From assembly GCA_031413955.1 (NCBI GenBank), contig JANOGB010000024.1, positions 709 to 64,708 of the forward strand: a stretch of DNA of 64,000 bases, given 5' to 3'. Under the pieces are notes generated by a model. It made no database searches. It saw only the letters and a list, made by a program, of their open reading frames with translations, and was not told the DNA's origin. Source of the stretch: Planctomycetota bacterium (GTDB taxonomy: Bacteria > Planctomycetota > UBA1135 > GCA-002686595). Within the stretch, counting starts at the first letter, position 1, and every line of letters begins with the position of its first letter. Shown piece after piece: positions 37,062-45,822 of this stretch. The translations under genes and the position numbers were made by a program.

Positions 37062-39121
37062 GCGCTTCCCGTCCGGTACAGCGGAAAGCGCACGCGCGCG
37101 ACCGTGCCCACTCCGTCGGGTGGCCTGGCGAGTTCGATCTCGCCGCCCATCTCCTCGAGCGCGCGCTTGGCGATCGCGAGCCCGAGCCCCGTGCCCTCGC
37201 TCTTGGTGGTGAAGTAGGGCTCGAACAGGTGCGCACGCGCCTCGCTCGTCAGGCCCGTGCCGGTGTCGCGGATGGAGAGGGTCACCCGGCCGTCCTCGAC
37301 TGCGGTGAAGGCGTACAGGGTTCCGCCCTCGGGCATCGCCTGCAGGGCGTTCGAGACCAGGTTCACGAGCACGCGCCGCAGCTTGCCGAGGTCGGCCCAC
37401 ACGGTGGCGGACGGTCCCTCGTGTTGCACCGACACCCCGCGCTCGACGGCCCAGGCGTCGTGCAGGTGCAAGACTTCATCCAGCAGCGCGCGCACGTCGA
37501 CCGCGCCCGGGCGGGCTTTTCGTCCGCCCGTGAACTCGTAAAAGTCGCCGGCGATCTGCCGCAGGTTCTCGATCTGCCGCCGCATCAGCACCATGGTCCG
37601 CTCGAGGATCTCCTCCCAGCCACTGGAGCCCTCGCGGCGCGCGCGCTCGAGCAGGTCGAGGGAGAGCGTCATGGGCGTGAGCGGGTTCTTGATGTCGTGC
37701 GCGATCTGGCGCGCCATCTCGCGCCAGGCGGCGTCCTTCTCGGCCTTGACGATGCGCGCGCGCTGCTCCTTCAGCTCGGCCGTCATGCGGTTGAAGTCCT
37801 CCGCCAGCGCGCCCAGCTCGTCGCGCGAGCGGATCTCGATGCGCGCGTCCAGGTCGCCTCCGGCCACCCGTCGGACCTGCTGCTGCAGCGCGCGGATCGG
37901 ACCGGTCGTGCGCCGCGCGATGAAGAGCGTCAGGCACACGGCCAGGACCAGGACTCCTGCGCCGCCGCCCAGCAGCAGCGCACGCAGCTCCTCGGCCGTG
38001 GCGTAGATGTCGTCGTTGTCGATGCCCACCCCGACCACCCAGCCGAAACCTCCGGCCAGCATCGAGCTGCACAGATGGAAGGCCGCGTTCTTGTCCTTGT
38101 CGTTGAAGCGGTACTCGGGGTAGAGCCCCCAGCCATCGTCGTCCTGCAGGACCGCCTGCGTGAGCTGGGGCAGGCCCAGGTCCTCGGTGACCCGCCGGTA
38201 GTAGAGGTCGCGCTCGGGGTGAGCCAGGATCAGGTTGGCGTCCTCGGCCCACACCCAGGCGTAGGGCGAAGGCGTCCGGTCCTCCTTCACCAGGCCTCGA
38301 AAGGCGTCGGTGATGACCTGCGTCGAGACGATGTCCTGAACGTGCTTCCAGTTGACGAGGCCGTAGATCACCCCGCGCACCTTGCCCTCGTCGCCGAGCG
38401 AGCGCACGGGTGCCGCGAAGCCCAGCCCGTAGTCGAAGGCGGCATCTGGCGCGGAGCTTTCCGGGTCCTGGTGCCCGAGATGGAAGGGCGAGACGTGGTG
38501 GTCGACACGCACGAACTCGCCTTGATCGCGCACGAGTCGGAACCAATCCGCCTGCTCGTAGTCGTAGGCGAAGAGGTACTCGAGGAAGGAGCCCGTCAAC
38601 TGGTCTCGCCCGGGCGGACCGTGGCGGCTGCTGCAGGTCACGAGCCGCCCGTCGGCCGAGACCAGCAGCACGAGGTCATAGACGCCCTTGCGATCCTTGC
38701 TGCGATCGAACTCGCGCGTGAGCTGGGCACGATTCTGCAGCTCCCACGAGAAGTTCTGGGTGGAGATGTCGCCGCGCGCCCAGCGCTCCAGGGCCCGCGC
38801 GGCCCACGGCGCAGGGCCCGCGACCGAACGCTCGCCGCTCGCCGCCCGCTCCGCGCGCCCCTTTTCCGCCAGGTAATCGTCCAGCGCGAGGTTCGTCCCG
38901 GACGCGTCCGCCCACTGCTCCACGTCGGTGCGGCGCTCCTCGACGAAGTAGTTGAGCTGCCCGGCCAGATCCTTCACCAGGCCGAGCAGGGCCTGCTGCA
39001 CGACGTGGCGCGTCAGCCGGTCCGCCATCTGCTCGTTGACGAAGAAGGCGAAAGCCACGAAGGGCAGCACCACGGCCAGGAGCACCGCCAGTACCAGCTT
39101 GGTCGAGATGCTGCGCAGCAT
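37058..39121 (-). CDS. sensor histidine kinase (TM - large periplasmic sensor - TM - HAMP - HisKA - HATPase)
   Basis: HAMP TGPIRALQQQVRRVAGGDL...LAEDFNRM, H-box AHDIKNPLTPM, N-box LVSNALQA, and G-boxes RDTGTGL / GTGLGLAIAK. Start at ATG 39121 (MLRSISTKLVLAVLLAVVL). Confidence 0.9.
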   Translation of the reverse strand: MLRSISTKLVLAVLLAVVLPFVAFAFFVNEQMADRLTRHVVQQALLGLVKDLAGQLNYFVEERRTDVEQWADASGTNLALDDYLAEKGRAERAASGERSVAGPAPWAARALERWARGDISTQNFSWELQNRAQLTREFDRSKDRKGVYDLVLLVSADGRLVTCSSRHGPPGRDQLTGSFLEYLFAYDYEQADWFRLVRDQGEFVRVDHHVSPFHLGHQDPESSAPDAAFDYGLGFAAPVRSLGDEGKVRGVIYGLVNWKHVQDIVSTQVITDAFRGLVKEDRTPSPYAWVWAEDANLILAHPERDLYYRRVTEDLGLPQLTQAVLQDDDGWGLYPEYRFNDKDKNAAFHLCSSMLAGGFGWVVGVGIDNDDIYATAEELRALLLGGGAGVLVLAVCLTLFIARRTTGPIRALQQQVRRVAGGDLDARIEIRSRDELGALAEDFNRMTAELKEQRARIVKAEKDAAWREMARQIAHDIKNPLTPMTLSLDLLERARREGSSGWEEILERTMVLMRRQIENLRQIAGDFYEFTGGRKARPGAVDVRALLDEVLHLHDAWAVERGVSVQHEGPSATVWADLGKLRRVLVNLVSNALQAMPEGGTLYAFTAVEDGRVTLSIRDTGTGLTSEARAHLFEPYFTTKSEGTGLGLAIAKRALEEMGGEIELARPPDGVGTVARVRFPLYRTGSA

Positions 39122-39167
39122 GCGCGGGAGGGCGGACGGGAGGATACCCTCCCCGCTCGCGAACGCC

Positions 39168-40226
39168 GTGCGGAACCCGGATCGCATCTTGATCGTGCGT
39201 CTGTCGCACCTCGGAGACGTGGTGCACGCCCTGGGTGTGTTCCATGCCTTGCACGCCGCGTACCCCACGGCCGAGATCGGCTGGGCCGTCCAGGCGGAGT
39301 TCGCGGGCCTGCTCGCGCCCCTGCCGGGTCTCGCGCGCGTGTTCCGCTTCGAGCGCCGCGGCGCTCTCGGAGCCTGGCTGCGCCTGCGCGCCGAGCTGGT
39401 GCGTTTTCGACCCACCTGGACGGTCGACGCCCAGGGCAACGCGAAGAGCGGCGCCGCGGCCTGGCTCTCGCGTGCGGCACGGCGCGTGGCTCCCCACCGC
39501 GACGACTGGCAAGAGCCCTGGGCGGCCTGGACGGCGAACGAGCACGCCCCTCGCCTGGTCAGGCCGGCGCGCCACGCGCTGCAGCGCATGGAGGTCCTGG
39601 CGGCTCAGCTCGTCCCGGGCCTCGCCCCGCCGCTGCGGCCCGACGTCGGCTTGAGCCGAGCCGAGGAAGAGCTCGGTGAGCGTGCGCTGGATCAGCGCCT
39701 GCCGCTCGCGGGCGGAGAGCCCGTGCTGCTGCACCTGTCCTCGCCCGAGGACGTGCGCGGCTGGCCGGCGGCGCGCTGGCTCGAGCTCGTGCGCGCCCTG
39801 CGAATTCAGGGGCGCGCCGTGCTCGTGCTGTCGGGCGCGCGCGAGGCGCACCTCGGTCAGGCGCTCGCGCACGAGCTCGCTGCGGATGCTTGCATCGCGC
39901 ACTGGATCGGCCAGCGGGGACTGCGCGAGCTCGCCGCGCTGTTCACGGCCGCCGCACGCCGCGCGCTCACCCTGGTGAGCTGCGATTCCGGGCCGATGCA
40001 CCTCGCCGCCGCCCAGGGACTGCGCGTGGTCGCCCTGGAGGGTCCGCAAGACGGCGCGCGCACCGGACCCTGGCCCGCCGCGCGCGGGCACCGCGTCGTG
40101 CGCGCCGCTCACGGGCCGGAGTGTGCCCCCTGTTTGAAGCGCCGTTGCCACCATCCGGAGGGTCCGGTGTGCATGCGCGGGATCCAGGCCGAGGACGTGC
40201 TCGCAGCACTGGAACCTGCGCAGTAA
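39168..40226 (+). CDS. glycosyltransferase family 9 (LPS heptosyltransferase-like)
   Basis: RILIVRLSHLGDVVHA N-terminus and VSCDSGPMHLAAA motif. The start is uncertain (GTG 39168; in-frame ATGs at 39108/39120 would overlap the divergent kinase start). Confidence 0.8.
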   Translation: MRNPDRILIVRLSHLGDVVHALGVFHALHAAYPTAEIGWAVQAEFAGLLAPLPGLARVFRFERRGALGAWLRLRAELVRFRPTWTVDAQGNAKSGAAAWLSRAARRVAPHRDDWQEPWAAWTANEHAPRLVRPARHALQRMEVLAAQLVPGLAPPLRPDVGLSRAEEELGERALDQRLPLAGGEPVLLHLSSPEDVRGWPAARWLELVRALRIQGRAVLVLSGAREAHLGQALAHELAADACIAHWIGQRGLRELAALFTAAARRALTLVSCDSGPMHLAAAQGLRVVALEGPQDGARTGPWPAARGHRVVRAAHGPECAPCLKRRCHHPEGPVCMRGIQAEDVLAALEPAQ

Positions 40227-40239
40227 CCTCGGCGCGACC

Positions 40240-40947
40240 ATGCGCATGGTGCACTACTATCTTGCCTTGGCGCTGCTGCTCGCGCCGTGCCTCTTGCTCA
40301 CGCTGCTGAGCGGCCTCTTCCAGGACGGCTCGCAGCGCCACCTCGGCCTGGGTCTGTTCACGGCCGTCCTGTGCGTGGCGACGAACACGCTCCTGATCCT
40401 GTTCATGATCGTCTCAGGGCGCGTGCTGAAGGCCGCCATGCACGCGCGCGGACTGGGAAACGAGTTCCTGGCCGCACTCAACCAGTTCTTCGCGCGCCGA
40501 CGCGCCTACCCGCTGGCGGTCTTCTCGGCCTTCGCAGCCACGGCCGCGGCCGTGCTCGGCTACGGCCGCTACATCGGCGTGCCCGCAAGCGTGCACATGC
40601 TGGTGGGACTCGCGGCGGTGCTGCTCAATGCGCTCGCGCTCGGGCAGGGAGTGCGCACCCTGCGCGCCAACCAGGCGCTGCTGGATCGCGCGGCGGCCGA
40701 GCTCGATCGCCTGGACGCCGCGGGCGCTCCACTCTCGGCCGAGGCCGGCGGACCGCAGTGGTCCTACACCAGGCGAACGCGCTGGCTGGTCTTCGCCCTG
40801 AGCGCCTGGGGCCCGTACCTGTACTGGTCGCTGGTGGTGTGGCGCGGCGCGTTCGGGCGCGTGAGCCCCCTGCTGCTGGCCCTATCCGCGCTCGTCTCGT
40901 TCTTCGGACTTTGCCAGGCTGCACGCACGCGCACGGCGGCCAGCTGA
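40240..40947 (+). CDS. hypothetical polytopic membrane protein
   Basis: 235-aa ORF with about 6 hydrophobic helices. No family recognised. Confidence 0.55.
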   Translation: MRMVHYYLALALLLAPCLLLTLLSGLFQDGSQRHLGLGLFTAVLCVATNTLLILFMIVSGRVLKAAMHARGLGNEFLAALNQFFARRRAYPLAVFSAFAATAAAVLGYGRYIGVPASVHMLVGLAAVLLNALALGQGVRTLRANQALLDRAAAELDRLDAAGAPLSAEAGGPQWSYTRRTRWLVFALSAWGPYLYWSLVVWRGAFGRVSPLLLALSALVSFFGLCQAARTRTAAS

Positions 40948-42240
40948 TCAGCCGTCGCCATTGCCGTCCTCGGCCTCGGCGCGCTCCCGTTCCGCCTTGC
41001 GCGCCTCGATGGCCTGCAGGCGCTCGCCCACGTCCTCGTACTCGGGCCACATGATCTGGATGGCGCGCAGGTGGCCCTCGGCCACGGCGTCGTCAGCTGC
41101 TTCCACGGCCAGGGCGTAGAACTCCTCGGTCAGGTGGATGAACTCCTCGACGGTCGCATTGCGCAAGGCCGCGTCCTTGTACTCGGGGGCGAGGGCCAGG
41201 AGCTCCTCGAAGGCCTGCACGGCTTCCGGATAGCGATAGTCGTCGGTCAGGTTGCGCGCCGAGAGATACAGGTCCTCCAGGCGTTTCTCCTCGATGTCCG
41301 ACAGGAGCAGCGAGACCTCGTCGGTCTGCACGTCGGTCAGGGCTTCGGCCTGCGCCAGGGTCTGCGCGGCCGTCTCCAGCTCGCCACGCCGGATGGCCAT
41401 GTCGGCCTCGGCCAGCGTGTGCGTGGCGCGGGCCTCGCGATCCATGCGGTCCAGTCCGGCCCGGCCCTCGACGTGGGCGGGATCGATCAGCAAGACGAGG
41501 CGGTATTCGTTGCGCGCGGCGAAGTACAGACCCTCGGCCTCCAGTCGCTGCGCCTGCCCCAGGCGCTCTTCGGCCATCATCTCTTCGACCTGCCCTGCAC
41601 GCATGGTGGCGGGCTCGTTCTCCGCATAGCGGCGCGAGATCTGGAACGCGCGCCGCGCCTGTTCCAGCAGGAGCTCGCGAAAACTCGAGAGACCGTCGTC
41701 GAAGTAGGTCTTGCTCAGCCCGGCACGGTAGTTCTCGAGCAGCAGCAACTGCGACAGGCCGCGCTTCGCATCCGGGTTGTCGGGGTCGTACTGCAGCACC
41801 TTCTCGAAGCACAGCTCGGCCTGCTCCATGCCCTCCGGCCCCGTGTTGTCGGCGGCGGCGTCGAGCCATTGCACGGCGAGCTGGGCACGCGTCTTCCCGA
41901 TCCAGCTCGTCACCGTCGGGTGCTCCGGCACCAGCGCCTCGGCCTCCTCGAAGTACTCGAGCGCGCGCGCGAGGTCCCCGTGAAAAACGTGCTCGCGACC
42001 TCGATCCAGGATGAAGGCCACCTGCGCGTCCAGGTGCAGCGCCTGCGTGCGTGCATCGCCCGGGTTCTGCTCGGCCAGCCGCCGTGCGTCCTCGAGCGCC
42101 TCGGCGTAGCGCCCATGCTGGATGGACAGGACGACATCCCGCTCGCTCTGGGTCTCCGGAGTCTGGCAGGCCGGGGCGGCGGCCACGACGAGCCCCAGGA
42201 ACAAACCGACGAGGCTCGGGGGAAGGCGGGAATCAGGCAT
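40948..42240 (-). CDS. TPR-like helical-repeat lipoprotein
   Basis: Lipobox LVVAAAPAC, then helical-repeat sequence throughout (e.g. YAEALEDARRLAEQNPGD, YPEAVQAFEELLALAPEY). ATG 42240. Confidence 0.7.
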   Translation of the reverse strand: MPDSRLPPSLVGLFLGLVVAAAPACQTPETQSERDVVLSIQHGRYAEALEDARRLAEQNPGDARTQALHLDAQVAFILDRGREHVFHGDLARALEYFEEAEALVPEHPTVTSWIGKTRAQLAVQWLDAAADNTGPEGMEQAELCFEKVLQYDPDNPDAKRGLSQLLLLENYRAGLSKTYFDDGLSSFRELLLEQARRAFQISRRYAENEPATMRAGQVEEMMAEERLGQAQRLEAEGLYFAARNEYRLVLLIDPAHVEGRAGLDRMDREARATHTLAEADMAIRRGELETAAQTLAQAEALTDVQTDEVSLLLSDIEEKRLEDLYLSARNLTDDYRYPEAVQAFEELLALAPEYKDAALRNATVEEFIHLTEEFYALAVEAADDAVAEGHLRAIQIMWPEYEDVGERLQAIEARKAERERAEAEDGNGDG

Positions 42241-42344
42241 GGGAGACGGGCAGGGTGGCAGGGATCGGGGGCGCGACCAGTGTACGACCGTGGGCCACGC
42301 GCTCTTCCCGGCGAGGTGAGCTTCGCTGGCCCTGCCAGAATGGT

Positions 42345-43460
42345 CTAAGAGCGCATCGAAGCGGTCAGGACCACGCCCAGACTGCCGAACAGCACCAGCG
42401 GGAACCAGCCCGAGAAGACCGGCCCCACCGCGCCCTGCAGGCCCAGGGTTCGAGCCACGAAGTCGACCCCGAAATAGACCACGCACAGGAGCAGCCCCCG
42501 CGCGATGCGCTCGCCGGCCTTGCCGCGCTCGTCCCCCACGACGAAGGGCAGCCCGACCAGGAGCAGCACCAGCCCCGCCAGGGGAAAGGTGAGGTTGGCC
42601 TGGACCAGCGTCTTGTACTGGAGGTTGGTGGGCTCGCGCGCCAGCAGGTCGGTGAGCTCGGCGTGCGAGAGGTCCATGGGGTGCTCGCGCGCCTTCCAGG
42701 AGAGCTCCACCTCCTCGGGCGTGAAGCGCGGATCGTCCAGGATCTCGAGGCTGCGTGTACGCCGCGTGCTGCCGTCGTCCTCCAGACGCCGCCCCCCCTC
42801 GAGGGCCCAGCGGCCGCCCGAGAGCGGGCGTGCGCGCCGGGCATCGATCGAGACCAGCAGCTGCTCCTCGCGCAGGCGCGCCGAGAGGCCGCTCGCCTCG
42901 GACGCGCGCGGGTCGACCCGCACGACGTACTCGCGCAGCGTGACCGGACGACCGCGCCTGTCCCACACCACCAGGTTCTCGAGGCGCGGCTCGTCCCGGC
43001 GTTCCTTCAGGTGATCCTGCAGGAGATCTCGCCGTCGGCCCAGCTCACTGGTGGCCTGCTCGCGCAAGAAGAACATGCCCGCCGCCAGCAGCCCGGCGCC
43101 CAGATAGACCGGTAGCAGGAGTCGCTGCACCGAGATGCCGGCATTGAGCGCGGCCACGACCTCGTTGCTGCGCGCCAGCTTGGCGGCCGTGAACATGCCG
43201 GCCACCAGCGTCACGTAGGGCGACATCTGCAGGTACAGGAACGGGAGCTGGAGGAGATAGAACTCCCCCACCAGGGCCGTGGGCGGGGCGTAGCCCGTCT
43301 TGTCCGGGGTCAGGTACTCGTCCAGGTTCGTGGCCATGTCGAGGATCACGAACAACCCGACCACCAGGAAGAAAGCCGCGCCGTAGGAGAGCGCGAACAG
43401 GCGCGCGACGTAGCGATCCAGACGGCTCGGAAACGGCAGCGCGCGCGGCCTCATCGCCAC
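42345..43460 (-). CDS. lptG: LPS export ABC permease LptG (YjgP/YjgQ family)
   Basis: N-terminal LDRYVARLF...FFLVVGLFVILD typical of LptF/G, six-TM layout with a central periplasmic domain. It is second in the pair. Confidence 0.8.
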   Translation of the reverse strand: MAMRPRALPFPSRLDRYVARLFALSYGAAFFLVVGLFVILDMATNLDEYLTPDKTGYAPPTALVGEFYLLQLPFLYLQMSPYVTLVAGMFTAAKLARSNEVVAALNAGISVQRLLLPVYLGAGLLAAGMFFLREQATSELGRRRDLLQDHLKERRDEPRLENLVVWDRRGRPVTLREYVVRVDPRASEASGLSARLREEQLLVSIDARRARPLSGGRWALEGGRRLEDDGSTRRTRSLEILDDPRFTPEEVELSWKAREHPMDLSHAELTDLLAREPTNLQYKTLVQANLTFPLAGLVLLLVGLPFVVGDERGKAGERIARGLLLCVVYFGVDFVARTLGLQGAVGPVFSGWFPLVLFGSLGVVLTASMRS

Positions 43461-43473
43461 AGTGCTCCCGCAC

Positions 43474-44565
43474 TCATCGCCACAGCGCTCGCACGAAGAG
43501 CACCAGGCCCACCGTCAGGAACAGGGCGTTGGTTGCCCAGGCCGCCACGATCGGCGCGACCGCGCCCGTCGCGGCCAGGACTTTTCCCAGGCGCATCGCC
43601 AGCACGTAGTACAGGAAGGCGTAACCCACCGCGCCGGTGAACGCTCCGAGCTGGGTACTGGAACGCAGCACGACGCCGGTCGGCAGGCCGAGCAAGAGGA
43701 ACAAGAGATACGTGGCCGAGAGCGCGTGCCTACGGTGGATCTCGTAGCGGAACTCCTCGCGCGTGGCGGGGTCGAGCGCGGCGCCCTGCAGCGCGTCCGA
43801 CAGCTCGGAGCTGCGCATGTACTTGGCCTTGCTCTTCTCTTTCTTCTGGGGTGGGAAGATCTCGGAGAGCTTCCAGCTGTAGAGCGGCGCGGCGCTGTAA
43901 GAGCTCATGTCCTCGGTCAAGAGGCGCGCGTCCTTCATGCGCGCGACCAGGCGCTCGTCCGCGACGCCGTCTCCATCCACGTCGTCCTTCTCGACGTCGA
44001 TGCGCACCTCGGCGGCCAGGATCTTGATGTGTTGCCCATCGTCGAGCTCCATGTCGAGCTCGGCGTTCGTGCGTACGCTGCCCTGGGTGCTCTCCGACTT
44101 GAGCACGTTCTTGCCGAAGGTCAGCAGGTTGCGCCCGCTCATGCCCGCCAGGAAACGCGAGACGTCTGCCTCGCGCAGCAAGCTGCGCTGCTGGTACTTG
44201 AGCTCGGGCGAGAGCTCCCCGAGCAGGTGATCGGTCCCCAGCGCGAGCGGCAATGCCACCAGGAAACCCGGCAGCGCCAGCCGCGCGGGGTGGATGCCCG
44301 CCATCTTGATCGCGATCAGCTCGCGTTCCGCCGCCAGGCGCCCGTAGGTCGCGACCACCGCCAGCAAGAACGCCATCGGCAAGAGGTATGGCACGAGCTC
44401 CGCCACCACCAGCGGCAGATAGCCCGCCACCGTCCCCACGCTGATCGCCCCCAGCTTGTTGACCGCCTGGATGGCGATGGTGGGCAGCACGATCACCGAC
44501 AGACCCGCGACCGAGAAGAGCACCGAGAGCAAGAGCTGCCGCAGGACGTAGAGCTGGATCCGCAC
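43474..44565 (-). CDS. lptF: LPS export ABC permease LptF (YjgP/YjgQ family)
   Basis: MRIQLYVLRQLL... and AERELIAIKMAGI motif. GTG start 44565. Confidence 0.8.
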   Translation of the reverse strand: MRIQLYVLRQLLLSVLFSVAGLSVIVLPTIAIQAVNKLGAISVGTVAGYLPLVVAELVPYLLPMAFLLAVVATYGRLAAERELIAIKMAGIHPARLALPGFLVALPLALGTDHLLGELSPELKYQQRSLLREADVSRFLAGMSGRNLLTFGKNVLKSESTQGSVRTNAELDMELDDGQHIKILAAEVRIDVEKDDVDGDGVADERLVARMKDARLLTEDMSSYSAAPLYSWKLSEIFPPQKKEKSKAKYMRSSELSDALQGAALDPATREEFRYEIHRRHALSATYLLFLLLGLPTGVVLRSSTQLGAFTGAVGYAFLYYVLAMRLGKVLAATGAVAPIVAAWATNALFLTVGLVLFVRALWR

Positions 44566-44625
44566 CGCGCGCGATTCTCACGAATCACGAGCGGCGCTAC
44601 CAGGCGTGGTTTTCGTGCGCAGCCT

Positions 44626-45711
44626 ATGCTGGCCGACATGACGGTCCTCCATGCTCGGCCCTTTCGTGGAGTCGCCCTCGAAGCGCGCGCGGGCGCGGCG
44701 GTGGTCGTCAAGCGTTTTCACCATCCGAATCCGCTCCTGGCGCGCTTCGATCGCGGGCGCGCGCGGCGCGAGCTCGACGCGCTGGTGGAACTGGAGCGCG
44801 CTGGCCTGTCCGTGCCGAAGCCGCTCGGCATGCGTGCGACGGAAGGTGGTTGGGAGCTCAGTCTCGCAGCCGTGCCGGGTGCGCGGACGTTGCAGGAGCT
44901 GCTGGAGAGCGGCGCGCTCCCGGCCGGCGGCTGGGAACGACTGCTCGCGCGCCTGGGAGAGCTGCTCGCGCGCCTGCAGGTGGCCGGCTGGGAACACGGC
45001 GACCTGCACCTCGGCAACGTGCTGGTCGACGCGAACGGCCGGCCGTGGCTGATCGACTTCCAGCGCGCGCGCCGCGTCGCGCCCGACCGCGCGCGGTGTC
45101 TGTCCGAGGTGGTCGAGTGCGCCGCCCTGGCGCGCGAGCAACTCCCGCTGCGGATGCGCGTGCGCTTCCTGGTGGCATGGCGCGCCGTGCTGCCCACCGG
45201 ACTGCGACCGCGCCTCGCCGGTACCGAGCTCGCGTACGCGCTCGAAGAGCGCGCGCGTCTGCGACGCATCGAGCGCGTGCGCATCGGCCTGGGACGCTGG
45301 CTGCGCGACTCCAGTCGCGTGGGTTGGGTCCAGCGCGGCGAAACGGGGTTCTGGTCACGGCGTGATCTCGCGTCCGTGTCGCTCGACCTCGCCTTGCCCG
45401 CGACGTGGATCGTCCTGCGCGGCGGACACGACGAGATGCGCGCGCGCTGGCTCGGAGCGGCTCGCCTCGCCGAGCACCGGCTACCCGTCGCGCGCCCGGC
45501 AGCCTTCTCGTCCGGCTCGCGCTGGAGCGGACGCGGAGCCTGGGCCGCATTCGAACCGCCGGAGAACGCCGCGCCATCGAGGGCGGAGCTGCTGGACGCG
45601 CTGGCGGACCGGAGACTGGCTCTGGCCCGCCCCGCGACCGAGCACTCCACGCGCGGAGTTTATTTCCTCCCGCCGCGCGAACCCGCGGACTTCACCGATC
45701 CGCGCGGTTGA
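44626..45711 (+). CDS. lipopolysaccharide kinase (Kdo/WaaP) family protein
   Basis: Kinase-like core VVVKRF..., AGWEHGDLHLGNVLV and WLIDFQRA (HGD/DF motifs of WaaP/RIO-like kinases). Confidence 0.7.
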   Translation: MLADMTVLHARPFRGVALEARAGAAVVVKRFHHPNPLLARFDRGRARRELDALVELERAGLSVPKPLGMRATEGGWELSLAAVPGARTLQELLESGALPAGGWERLLARLGELLARLQVAGWEHGDLHLGNVLVDANGRPWLIDFQRARRVAPDRARCLSEVVECAALAREQLPLRMRVRFLVAWRAVLPTGLRPRLAGTELAYALEERARLRRIERVRIGLGRWLRDSSRVGWVQRGETGFWSRRDLASVSLDLALPATWIVLRGGHDEMRARWLGAARLAEHRLPVARPAAFSSGSRWSGRGAWAAFEPPENAAPSRAELLDALADRRLALARPATEHSTRGVYFLPPREPADFTDPRG

Positions 45712-45732
45712 GGAGCTTCTGGCGAGAGTACG

Positions 45733-45819
45733 GAGCCAGGCACGGCTTCGCCGGATTCCGGGTGCGCGCAGGAGTGATGAGGAGCGCAGGGCGGAATCCG
45801 GCAAAGCCGAGCCAGGCAC
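45733..45819. mobile_element. MITE-like element: 17-bp terminal inverted repeats flanked by an 11-bp direct duplication
   Basis: gagccaggcac (45733-45743) + ggcttcgccggattccg ... cggaatccggcaaagcc + gagccaggcac (45809-45819). It lies in a convergent intergenic region. Confidence 0.45.
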
Positions 45820-45822
45820 CGA

